From Choristocarpus tenellus KU-1152 (taxonomy: Eukaryota > Protista > Phaeophyceae): a stretch of DNA of 32,703 bases. This document shows positions 21,457 to 32,418 of the stretch, one piece after another. Position 1 is the first letter of the stretch, and each line of letters begins with the position of its first letter. The DNA lies in assembly GCA_964200185.2 (NCBI GenBank), contig CAXNAD020000069.1:1-32703 (forward strand). Reading direction: 5' to 3'. A model generated the notes under the pieces. It did not search any database, was not told the origin of the DNA, and saw only the letters and a program-made list of their open reading frames with translations. The position numbers and the translations under genes were made by a program.

Positions 21457-24400
21457 ATGGTGTTCGGCGACCACCAACATCGATTTGTTTCTCGCCTACT
21501 TGATCTCGTGCGTTTGCTCGTCAAGGTTGGCTACTACATCTTTACTCCAATCGAATAGGTCATTTTTAGGACCTTGTCGCAATTCTCCGCAGCCTGATGA
21601 AGTATAAGAGGGAATTATTTCACCTCAAAGGGGTGGATTAGTCAATGGCTGCGAAGTGCAGATGGTGGCCTGTACGTAGCACAATCAAACGTCCTTTCAA
21701 ACCTTTCACTAGACGTCGTAGACTATTGCATAACCTGCAGGGCGTTATGGAGTTATCGCAGAGGTTCTTAGGTGGCTTTGGATGTTACTTGGTCGTACTA
21801 GAGAACAGGCGAGTTTGTACTGTGAATACCCCATATCCCTTACAGACTGCGGGCATAGCTGTTGAAGAATTTCCCTGGCTTCGAGAGCCTTGCAGATTTT
21901 TCCGCTTCAACCCTCTGTTTTCGATAATTGTCTCCTCTCTGGTCTACCTTGGTACTCAAGTCACATTTCGTGGACCCCCCGTCATTCAGTTCTTTATGTA
22001 GCACATCGTGTCCAATGTAGTTCCTTTGTTTTCATAGAACGAATACCCCCTCAGTAGTAGCGCCAGACAAAGATACCTTGTCCATACCAGTCACCAATCC
22101 AGATGACAAATGGAACAACCCTGCCCGTTCCTGCCGTTCCCCACCCCAACCAGTTCATCCAAAAGAAGAACCGCCTGGCGGTTTACTCCAATCTCTTCAA
22201 GGAGGGTGTCTTGGTGGCAAAGAAGGACTTCTTCAAGGCCAAGCATGAAGAGATCGAGGACGTACCCAACCTGGAGGTGCTTATGCTTATGAAGTCTATG
22301 AAGAGCCGTGGCCTTGTGCGCGAGACTTTCAACTGGTAAGGTATTGACAGAATCCTGCATTCCTTTCAAAGTAGTGCGGATCTTTAAAGTTAGACAGAGC
22401 ACTCATATTAGCATCGTAGTCTTCAATCATCTCTTCTTGCATTGAAAGGTGTGAATCGGTAGAGGATATGCATTCTAAATTTTGAAAAGATGCCCTTCAA
22501 CATAAACATAACATGAAAAAAATGTCTTGGCAGCATGGTCTTGATTTTCCTCTAAGAGCCCGTACATTTAAATAAGGCTTATCCCTACATCATATTGTTG
22601 GTGTGCAAAGTACATGTGAGGCAAGTTCATTCTATTTCACAAGGCCAATTGCTTCGTTGCAATACTATTATTCAGCAGGAGGGCTGAAGGCAAGAAACTG
22701 AAGGTGGCTTGAATGTCAAAGGTCAATACTACAATTCTGTTTTTTTGATGTCCCTTGATTGGAGTAAGATGCACCATGGATACACTAAAAAAAATGCTAT
22801 ATGTCGACGAAACCTTTACAGTGCACTACTTCCCCATATGCAAAGGGTTTAGTTCAGTCTTTGAGCCCTGATTCTTGTCCTATCTTACTCTTGCAACAAG
22901 TCATACTCGCATTTTACATCATTTTTGAAAAGCTCATCTGAAAGCTCCTGACCAACTTAGTAGTCGACAACTGATGTGGCAATTATAGCTCCTCTACCTT
23001 GCATTCTTTTTTTTGAGAGTAGGCAGTACTACTACTGGTATCTCACAGTGGAGGGCATCGAGTACCTACGAGAGTACCTCCACCTTCCTGAGGAGATTGT
23101 CCCTGCAACGCTGAAGAAGAGTGCTTCCCGACCTGCTCGCCCTGGGCCGGCGCCTGGAGGTGGGAGAATGATAGAGCCCTTATTGTCCCCTTTTCCAGAT
23201 CATTCCATCTTTGCATCAAAGAGATAATGTGGCTGGGGGATGATGTGATGTTCTAGTAAGAACTATCTTGTTGGAATTGAGTGACTTTCAGGTTGATAGT
23301 GTGACTGGGGTGGTAAGAAATGAATGGTAATACTTTACGTACTGATGACATCTTCCTGGTGAACTCAAGGTATGGTGTCCTATTCTCTATTTGTTCGGTG
23401 AGAGAATTGTGTTCTGATGTAATACAGGAATCAATTGGTGCCGAATTTGCTATAATTTATATTTCGAGAAGAGATCAACAGGAATGAAGTATTTGTGAGG
23501 CAGGGTGAAGGGTTTATTTGTTGGTACAGATCTGATCTGAACCATGTTTTTATTGCCTTCTTGAAATGATAGGTTGCTGTTAATATTGTGGGAGTATGTA
23601 AAGATTGTATGGTACTTTCATAGTGTAATTCGGACCTGGTATACCCTAATTTGTCGTTTTTTGAACAGATGAACCTGTTGTATCAAAATTTATCTCACCT
23701 TGAAGGGTTATTTGTTGACTAAGGTTGATGAAACTGAAACTCATCCAACACGGTTCAGATCATTACTATCAGGGAGATTGGATGTGTTAGAGTGACGCTC
23801 CTTTTTGGTTAATAGGACGTAAGTCATTTTTCCATCTGTACATTGCAAATTGCATCTCAATTACAGTCCTTTTTACATGCCTATACAGGGGAGCGTGATG
23901 GTGGTGGACGTTTTGGTGGTGAACGTCGCTTTGATGACAAAAAAATGGGACCTGGTGGAGACTTCAACCCAGAGTTCCAGAGGGTAAGAGAGGCAAGGCC
24001 AATGTTACATTTTTTCCATAATCTTTGTCTATGTCTGTGGTGCAATCTAATGTTGTTCCTGCTCGTATTCCAGTTGTTGGCAGTCTTTACTCACTAAGGC
24101 AAATATTGTTTTGACTCTTGAGGGTTTTATGTGTTTCAAGAAAGAAAAAAAAAAGTGCTCTTTTTCTGGAACATCATACTTAGTAGGGTAAAGGTGTTTT
24201 TCTTTGGTAGTGCTGTTGATGGTGTTAGTTATCTGTTTAATTTGGTGTCCGTTGCAGGGATGGAAAGTCCTTTTGCTGTCACCTGCTCTAGTGTGAAAAG
24301 GGTTAGGATTAACGTTTTTTGAGGAGATGGCGGCAGATACCCAATTCAGTATTATGCTCTTGCGATTCAAGGGGTACCTGGGATGTAGGTTTAGCGTTTA

Positions 24401-24964
24401 TTTTTTAACACAGGATACAGTGTGGATTTTTTTTGTTTTGTAGATAGGTTTTGTTGAGTTTTGACGAGGTTAGTGTAGACCTTTGGTTATGTCTACATGT
24501 GTGACGGTCTGCGTGTTATGTAAGGGCAGCAGACTTTGACTATTTTACTATTGTATATGATTACACCTCTTTGGTAGATACATTTTGCTTGTTCAAATAT
24601 TCCTTAATTGCTAGTTATATGCTGGTGAATTGTGGTGATTGTCAAAGGTACTGTATATTGGTTGTAAATCTTTGTACGGAGTTGTTGTATGACCCAGGGA
24701 TTCACCTGTCCTGATCATTCTCAAGCTGTGCCTATTTAGGAGGTGTTCATACTTGTGTCCATACATCTTATCCATGCAACACAAAATTGCCTCCAGTAAG
24801 ACCCTGAGTATGTCAACAGTACCGCTTCCTATGTTTTTCTGGTTACATGGATCTTAGTGCTCAGAGTGTTCTATCTCTCATGTCCCATGTTGTCTCTCCA
24901 GGGTGGTCAAGATGGTTACCGCCGTGGAGGTGGCTTTGGTCGGGGGGGGGGAGGTGAAAGTTGA
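21457..24964 (+). CDS. RPS10: 40S ribosomal protein S10 (eS10), 5 coding exons, ~159 aa
   Basis: Exons are 21457-21459 (ATG only, CCAAGATG|GT), 22154-22335, 23023-23159, 23889-23983 and 24902-24964. The translation is [26 protein letters not shown]...[57 protein letters not shown]...[13 protein letters not shown]...GGGFGRGGG. The ATG exon position is inferred. Confidence 0.96.
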
Positions 24965-27007
24965 TCTTACTTCTACAGGGCTGGAAAGTATCTCTACGTA
25001 ATCTTATCTCTCACCTGTTCACAAAACTTCAACTCTCAATACTACTACCATCTGAGGCCCAGCTATGTCTGTGATTCCTCACAAGTGTCTTCGCCTGAGC
25101 TGGTCCATTGTGGGCTAGTAATGAAAGGGGTCTATGAGAGCTTAGTAGTCGCAGAGGGAGAGGGGTTAGGGAGCAACTGCATGCTTGGATGCCTGCCTGG
25201 TGCTCTTTTTTTGTGGGTATGGTGAACTGTTGCCTCTTGGTTGTTGAGGTGGCCTTGTGTCGCATGTTTTTTAACGGTGGCATCATAAAGAAGTGGACGG
25301 AAAAGCATATCTGTGATTATTTACTGTTCGTTACGTAAGAGTGAACTGAAAATTCTTTGTGTTTGTCCTGGTTTTGGAGGAAGGTGAGTTAGGCATTACA
25401 CATGCAATTCTCAAATGAAGTCTGATTGGCATTTGTTCGAATGTACACAGAGCATATGGAGGGTTCTGCACATTGGGTTGCTTTTTTTGCGGACAAAGGT
25501 TTGTATCAATGTGTTGGTGACGGCTAACGCATGTACTGTAGACACGTAGGTGAAGTCTCATTTCTGAAAAGGAAGAAGAATCAAAAATTAGTAAATGTTG
25601 GTGTGGGTAAGGTGTGTGTAGTGGTACATACCCTCTTCTGAGTATACTCTGATGATGATCTACACAGGACAGTACATGATGAAAAGAAAAATACAGTGAT
25701 AGTTAATACTGGTCTAACCAGGTATGTGTACTAGTTGCCCACCATCAACCATCATAACATACTCTGAACCCCGTATTATTTGAACTAGAGTCCCAAAAAA
25801 TGTAGTTGCTCTAATTGGTAACAAATTGTAATCGTGGTTCGAACTTACAGTCCAACGATTGGTTTATAAGGATCCATGTTAATACCACCCCCTGGAGATG
25901 ATAAGCTGGTGCGTGCTAGTGAATATCTTGGAATGAAAAGTATGTAGGGTCTATTGTACTCTACAGAAAATGGTTAGGTTCATCATTAGTTTTCTCTTAC
26001 AACAATCTTTGTCCAGGAGAGTCCTTTCTACGTTATTTGTTACTCAGGAAATTCTTGTGTTAACTGAGTTCATAAATATCTGTCTAGACTACCTACCCAA
26101 TTTTTTGTGTGCACAGCTGATGAGTTAGGTTCTGGATTTGGAAGTTTAAAGTTGCTAACCCAAACCCTAGTGTGATGTATCTCACTATTTTTCAAACTAC
26201 TGCTGGTCTAGTCCGATCATATACCACTGTATTCAATACTCTTGCTGTATATCTCCCACCTAATCATTTGGGGCACGGGGGGTTATTCTATTGTATGGGT
26301 GCACTCTATGATACATCTCTGTCAAGTTTTTTATATGAAGGAAAGATGCACACTCAGCATTTCCCAGGCAAAGTAAACATACAACTTCGAGAGGTAACAA
26401 GTAGAAAGGCATTGTATATGCACAGTGTGTGTGATTTCCTTACTGCATACGATGACAGGTAGTCTGATAAAGTACCTAAGTACTGAGGAAGCAATTGTCT
26501 ACTACAGAATATGGTATCACCTCTATACTCAAGGAGGGATGGTTATAGATACCAACAAGGGATTAGGAATGCTCTCTCTCTGCACACCTTGTCCAGCAAG
26601 TTATTGTATTAGTCTGGAGTAGTTGTCAATTTTGTTCATCTCTCATTATTGCCTGCAAATGTGTTTCACACCAGATTACTTAACTACTGTAATAAATAGT
26701 GGCTGATGGACATGCAACGCCGTAATGATCTTCACCCACTACAAGTATGTGATGATGTAGAATGAGGTCTCGTAATACAAGTAAACAGAAATAAACATCC
26801 TTAGAATTAGGAAGAGTGTACCAGATACTAACAAAAAAAACAAAAAAATTATACATGCTTGTACTTTACACTGTTGGTAGTGGGTTCTACTCACTTTGTA
26901 TGACCCAATACCATACATACACTTCTACTTTTAACAATCAAAGATACTGAGCCACGCAATGGACCAGCACAAAATCCAAGCATCAGTCAGTCAGGTGACC
27001 CCTTCCA

Positions 27008-29370
27008 TCAACCCTGGCCTTTCTCTCCAACCTCGCCACTGTCAAAAGTGGTTTCTCTCGGATGACTATGCAAAATGTGATCTGTCAGGGTCATTCTCAT
27101 TGAACCAATGATTGCAGGCCTGGTCCTGCAACACCCCCCGATCACCCTTGCCCCCAGCCTAAACCACTCTACTGCTACTTGCCCGAAGAGCTCCTCGTCT
27201 CCACATGCATCACTTCTTGTTGCCTCAATATGCAAATCATTTTCACTGCCATCCTTGGTACGACAACCGCCCCTACCCTCTCCTTCCCCGCCCTCATTGG
27301 GGTGGTACCATTCCCTGGGCACCCATGACTTTGCCTCAGCATCCCACCCCTCTCCACTGTTGGGGTAGACCACCAGCAGACGCCCTCCAGTTGCCCCAAC
27401 ATGGGTGAGGTTTTGCCCCGAACCAGGCCCCACTACCATCTGTGCCCGTGTCTCCCCAGTACCTGTTGTTCTTGCAAGGTCCTCCGGCACAGTCACAGTC
27501 TCTTTGAGTATGTGGAGTGCAGGAGCAATGTGCTCTGGAGAGGTGCAGTTGATGCCAAGACCAACCACCTTTGAAGCAGCAGCCACCTTGCGGGGATCCT
27601 GGGAGGAGTCCATGGCCTTGAAGACTTCGGCAACTTTGTAAAGGGGCTCTCCACTGCTTGAATTGTTGAATTGAGTTGAGAGTCACAAGAACAGTGCACG
27701 GTTGATAATTAGAGACGAAATATTGTAGTGCATGCCCTGGGAGTTAGAAGTGGGAGGAAGGCTTTTCCAGAAGGACCTGGGACAGCAGTATTAACCTTGC
27801 GGAAAATAGGAAAGAGTGGATATGACAGTTGAATCAAGATCCATCAAGGCATGAAAGGAAGGGTGTGCTGTCATGCCTAGATACCTTTCTGCACTGCACT
27901 CCAGTGCATATATAAGTCCGAGATTTCTCCCTTGGTTGTTGAACTCGATTGTATTTGTATGGTGTGCAGTTTTCATACCCAGAATCGTCCACCAACATGC
28001 CTACGTGCTTCAAATATGCTAATGGAACGTACTGTCACAAATACTAATAAATCTTGGCATTTTCTGATGCAATACTGAAGTCGTGGTGGGACATACAATT
28101 GGGTCTCAGTTATCTTTTGGTGAAATTTGAAAATCATTTCTCATTGCTGGAGAACGTTAAGAAGATCCACTTACCTGCGGAGGTGTTCACCATCCTTGCA
28201 CGACACAGAAATGACAACTTCGGCCCTAGGGAAATCCTGCAATGGAAAGTGGGAGGGCAAAGATTTGACTCTCAGGTTCCTTTCACACCATTCGAGTTGT
28301 AGAGTGAGGAGATTCAACAAATAAACTGGACCAGCGCACTAGTACCTATGCAGAGCAACTATCAGCAGAACGTGTTCACTGCAAAACATGATTTGCACCA
28401 CAATCCCCCAAGAATGAGAAGTACCTAAAAAAATATATACTTTACCTCCAGGAGTTCCAGTACCGCTATGACCTCATCAAGGCATGGTATGGTCTCAAAC
28501 ACAAGAATGTCAGCTCCTGCTCCCGCCATCACTTTGGCCCTGTCCCTATGCCATTCCTTGAGCTCCTCAACACTTAGAGAGTAGTTTCCCCTGTATTCAG
28601 ACCCGTCTGCAAGAGATGCACCATAGCATCCCAAACTCGCAGCAACAATTGGGAATGGCCTTCCAACGTTTTCTGTTTCCTCGCCCAGCTCCACATATGC
28701 ACTACGAGCTTCCAACGCTAGCTGAACACTGAGGCCCATCAGTCTGGTGCCTTCAGCATGACTTATCCCCTTGCGCTACATGGTTGGGCGTCAAGTGATA
28801 TTTCCTCTTGGTTCAGGTCTTAATTTGAACACTAGAATGAATTCGGGTGGTTGTACGTTGGGTGCGGTTACCGATCGTTGTGTGAGAGGACTTTGGACGG
28901 GACTCACCTTGAACCCATCGTAGGAGGCCTGGTATGATGCGGTGGTTGCCACATCTGCTCCAGCCCGAAAATAAGAAATGTGAGTGTCCCGAATGAGGGA
29001 TGGGTTATCAATAAGAAGACGGGCAGACCACAGATGATCATTCAATTCCTCTCCCTGACAGTCGGACACAGACGACGTGTTTCCATCTTGGTCTGAGCAC
29101 ACTACCATAGTTGAACTGGCGTTATTATAAAGTAACAAACCCTACCAGCAAATTGGTCTCAAATACAGAGAGCAGTCGGACAAGCGCAGGTGGCCAGCTT
29201 CCTAACAATTTAGGTTTCCTGCAGGATAGAGGGGGGCAAGGTGGTGAGTCCTTCCCCTGTCCTGGGAAAGTTAGCCACACCTTCGCCTCCAACTCAGTTG
29301 CCAGGCCCCCATCTAGTATGCAGAACCCATATTTCGATAGAAAGGCATCGAAAGAAGTAATTGGTGCCAT
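27008..29370 (-). CDS. Homocysteine S-methyltransferase (HMT/MmuM family), 5 exons, ~424 aa
   Basis: Exons are 29370-29281, 29054-28908, 28775-28446, 28236-28175 and 27653-27008 (1275 nt, all GT-AG). Motifs include [73 protein letters not shown] and IGGCCRT. The three Zn-binding Cys are present. Confidence 0.95.
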
Positions 29371-29712
29371 TCTTCCATGCAGGGACTAAGAACCTAACTT
29401 CTGAGTGCACCAAATGTCCTTCCCTCCCCACATCGCTTCGACTTCAACAACATTCAATGTTCTCAAACCAACGTTCTACTTTCCACAGAACGCCTCCCCC
29501 TTTTTTACACATCAATACCCAAATGAAGCATAACCCACAACCCATCATCAACAGATCAAAGGTATCCTAGTTTACGGGTCGAACTCATAAGGCTACACTC
29601 TTCCATATCGGGGTGGGCACTGGGGCGGTCACGCCGACCCTGACGCCCTCCTCTGAGCCTAGCACGCGCCTTCGGCAGCCCGATTGGTGCTTTGGCGGTG
29701 CTTGTTACGAAC

Positions 29713-30786
29713 ATGGCTGCGGGAGTGAACATCGCCCTTGCTACCGCAGTTTTGCTTCCTGGTGTTCTGGCAACAAGCACGAAGGGAGGTCAGCCCTTGG
29801 TTTGGGGATTAGATCTTGGGAATCACAACAGGTAAAGCCAAATCACGGCAACAATGGCACGTACACGATGCCGCCTTCAGGTGTAAGACTGTGAGAAAAC
29901 TTGACCCTTGCCCTTCACCTCGGATCGCGAAAGTGCAGGGACATTGCCATGGAACCGTTTACAATGAAAAGAGCTCTGTCTTGCTTATTTCTCTCCCCTT
30001 AAATACTACCTTGCCGATATTGCTTTACCTCAACCACTCCTTGCACTGTTGCTCACCACAACCATTCGCACCTGCAAGCGTGATGGCGCTGGCGGGTCGT
30101 GGAGGGGTTGACGTGGTATCCAACGATGTGAGCGGAAGGCAAATGCCATCGGCGGTTTTCTTTGCTGGCGACCACCGACTTATTGGGGAACACTCTGCCG
30201 GACACGCTGGTACCAACCCCAGCAACCTTGTCAACAACTTCAAGAGACTGCTGGAGGCCGAAGAGGAGGACGCTTCCGTCCTTCCAAACAACGTTAGTTT
30301 GGTAGGCACCGGTTTGGAGAGCTCGACGAAAGAGAGGTTGAAGGATGAAGAAGGCAATGGAAGTGGTGTACGGGAAAAAGCACCAGGCTTAGAGGACAGT
30401 CCACGTGGAGGCAAAGAAGGGTATGCGGACGACGCGCAAAACTTTTGGTGGGGCTTTACATGTAGGACGAGGTCTTCCATGGTTGGGGCAGGAGGCCAAA
30501 CTCGTGCTGGACTGCGGGCCGTGGTGACGCACCTTGGTGAGGATGTAACGCTTGAAGCAAGCGAGGTCTTGGCCTTCCTCTTTGAGCACGCCAACGAGGT
30601 CGTACAGAGAGAGGGTAATGGCGAGACCTCGTGCGTGGTGGCATCGGTACCGTCACACTATACACTCCGCCAGAGAAGGACGATCCTTGATGCTGCTGCC
30701 ATTGCTGGTCTGCCCATGCCCAGGGTGAGAAGAGGCATCTACATGCTCAATCGTGTCTTTCTTGGTGCTGAAATTTCTATCATTCG

Positions 30787-30831
<45 letters not shown>

Positions 30832-31296
30832 GGCAAGATTGAGCAAAACCTGTAAGGCAGGATGTCTTCAAAATCCTTTCGTTGTGCATGCAACTTTATC
30901 AAGGCTTCGTTGGCTAGGAACTTGGTTACAGAAGCTCAGAAAGATGCTGTCGTGATGATGCATGGTGATGGTGGTGTTGTTCAGCCTGGTCAAAGCACCT
31001 ACTTTGGAGTAGTTCATAGGGTCAATGCTCTAACAATACTGCAGTAAATTGTTTGCAACACAAAAGTAGCTCATGGTACCCTGCTGAAGTTTTCGCAGTG
31101 CTGACGTATCAACACCGCACCATTAAACCCTAACCCTAACCCTAATCAATCCTCGAAGGTCATGGATGAGGGAACAGCTGTAGCCCTGGCGTACGGTATG
31201 CTCAAGGGAGATGTTCCCCCTGCTGTTGGTGGATCGAATGCTTCTAAGGCTCCGCTTCTAGTGGCCTTTGTTGATATTGGACACAGCTGTACTCAG
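29713..31296 (+). CDS. Hsp110/Sse1-subfamily Hsp70-like chaperone, first 3 exons (partial), with N-terminal signal-peptide-like extension
   Basis: Exons are 29713-29831, 30079-30724 and 31159-31296; both acceptors are AAG. The translation includes GLDLGNHNSVMALAGRGGVDVVSNDVSGRQMPSAVFF, TNPSNLVNNFKRLL, CVVASVPSHYTLRQRRTILDAAAIAGL and VMDEGTAVALAYGMLKGDVP...VAFVDIGHSCTQ, which are Hsp110-type motifs. No homologous downstream exon was found before the window end. Confidence 0.88.
30791..30830. repeat. (GA)20 microsatellite in Hsp110 intron 2
   Basis: Directly visible. Confidence 0.95.
31128..31145 (+). repeat. Interstitial telomere-like (CCCTAA)3 just upstream of a splice acceptor
   Basis: CCCTAACCCTAACCCTAA ends 13 nt before the end of intron 2 (31158). 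Confidence 0.9.
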
Positions 31297-31366
31297 GTGG
31301 GGCTTGCAGCTACTGAACTGAGGTGTTAGGGAAGGAATTGTGAGTATTGTACACCGCTAAGACATG

Positions 31367-31386
31367 CCTAACCCTAACCCTAACCC
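31367..31386 (+). repeat. Interstitial telomere-like (CCCTAA)n, ~3 units
   Basis: CCTAACCCTAACCCTAACCC in Hsp110 intron 3. Confidence 0.9.
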
Positions 31387-31777
31387 CATCTCCAACCCCT
31401 TGAAGTACTTGGTTTGTTTTTTTTGCCTGCAGGTGCAACGCTGTAGTGGGGACATTATCTGTGTTGGATTTGTTGCTGTTGGAGCTCGAAGCTTTTTTTA
31501 GTGGAATAGTGCTCTGAGTCGTTCAAAGTAGTGCTGTATGTGCTGACTCTGTGGTACATGTGTGTGTGTGTGTGTGTGTTTGTAGCTGGGAAGGGATTAG
31601 TGAGTGTATATACACTAAAAAGAAAAAAAAAAAGGTGTAGATCCTAAGGTGTAAGAGTGTTGAAATTAGTGTACGTAAGCATGCAATAAGGTACACCTTT
31701 TTTACAGCCTTGTGTCAGCCCTTACCCCCACTTAGTTTGTACCAATACTAATTTATTGGTACTATTTTTCGAGCACT

Positions 31778-31890
31778 CACAAATGTGAAAGGAGTGTGTA
31801 CTATTTGATATGATTTTAGAGGGTATGTATCTGTGCCCACAAATGAAAGGGAAATGTACTGTTTGATATGATTTAGAGGGAAATGTACTG
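31778..31890. repeat. Diverged tandem duplication, 2 x ~60 bp
   Basis: CACAAATG..AAAGG....TGTACT.TTTGATATGATTT.AGAGGG.ATGTA occurs at 31778 and 31838. Confidence 0.75.
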
Positions 31891-32300
31891 GAAAGTACAT
31901 CGTACTGTGGATGTACACCCACACAATGTATACCTATACTCACTATATATTTATGCTCACGTACTACACACAAACAATCACACGGTAAATACACTGTTCA
32001 TACATTCCCATATAAAATTCTTACGCACACGCATGTATTTGGAGTTAGGGTTAGGTCTACAATATTGAGATTCCTCTACTATTCAGGTCTGTTGCACTGT
32101 ATTGAAGTGAAAATGCAGACTATCAATAAGATAGCCCACACTTATTCAATCACATGCGCACTTACCAAGCCCTTCCCCCACTGCAGATTTTAACCTTGAA
32201 CATCCCCATCCCCTTAACCTGTTATCCCTCACCGTAACCCTAAGCCCTTGCCTAGAACCAACTCTAGACCTTGGCCTAACCCTGAGCCCTGTCCCTAAAA

Positions 32301-32418
32301 CTAACCCTAATCCGAGACTTGGGTCTTTCTCAAGACCATCCCTATTTTTGCATCGTTCCCTAACCCTATTCCGAGACCTGTGTCTTTCTCAAGATTGTCT
32401 CTATCATCGCACCGTTCA
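32301..32418. repeat. Diverged tandem duplication, 2 x 59 bp, each beginning with CTAACCCTA
   Basis: CTAACCCTAATCCGAGACTTGGGTCTTTCTCAAGA... (32301) versus CTAACCCTATTCCGAGACCTGTGTCTTTCTCAAGA... (32360), preceded by degenerate CCCTAA units from ~32210. Confidence 0.8.

Noticed and set aside
22442-22570. Possible H/ACA snoRNA-like double hairpin in RPS10 intron 2
   Set aside because: The stems are weak and ANANNA/ACA boxes arise easily by chance in A-rich sequence.
23336-23422. Possible box C/D snoRNA in RPS10 intron 3 (TGATGA at 23343, CTGA at 23414, short TTACG/TGTAA stem)
   Set aside because: The C box lacks the leading purine, there are no clear C'/D' boxes, and I could not recognise an rRNA-complementary guide. 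Snoscan or Infernal would be needed to support it.
25801-25860. Pol III box A/box B-like motifs (GCTCTAATTGGTAA ... GGTTCGAAC), tRNA or SINE head
   Set aside because: The spacing is too short for a cloverleaf and there is no acceptor stem. It is at most an unverifiable SINE remnant.
29816-30955. 379-aa ORF as a complete Hsp70-like protein
   Set aside because: It reads through intron 1 and intron 2 sequence (including the GA repeat, which gives ERERER). Only 30079-30724 is exon.
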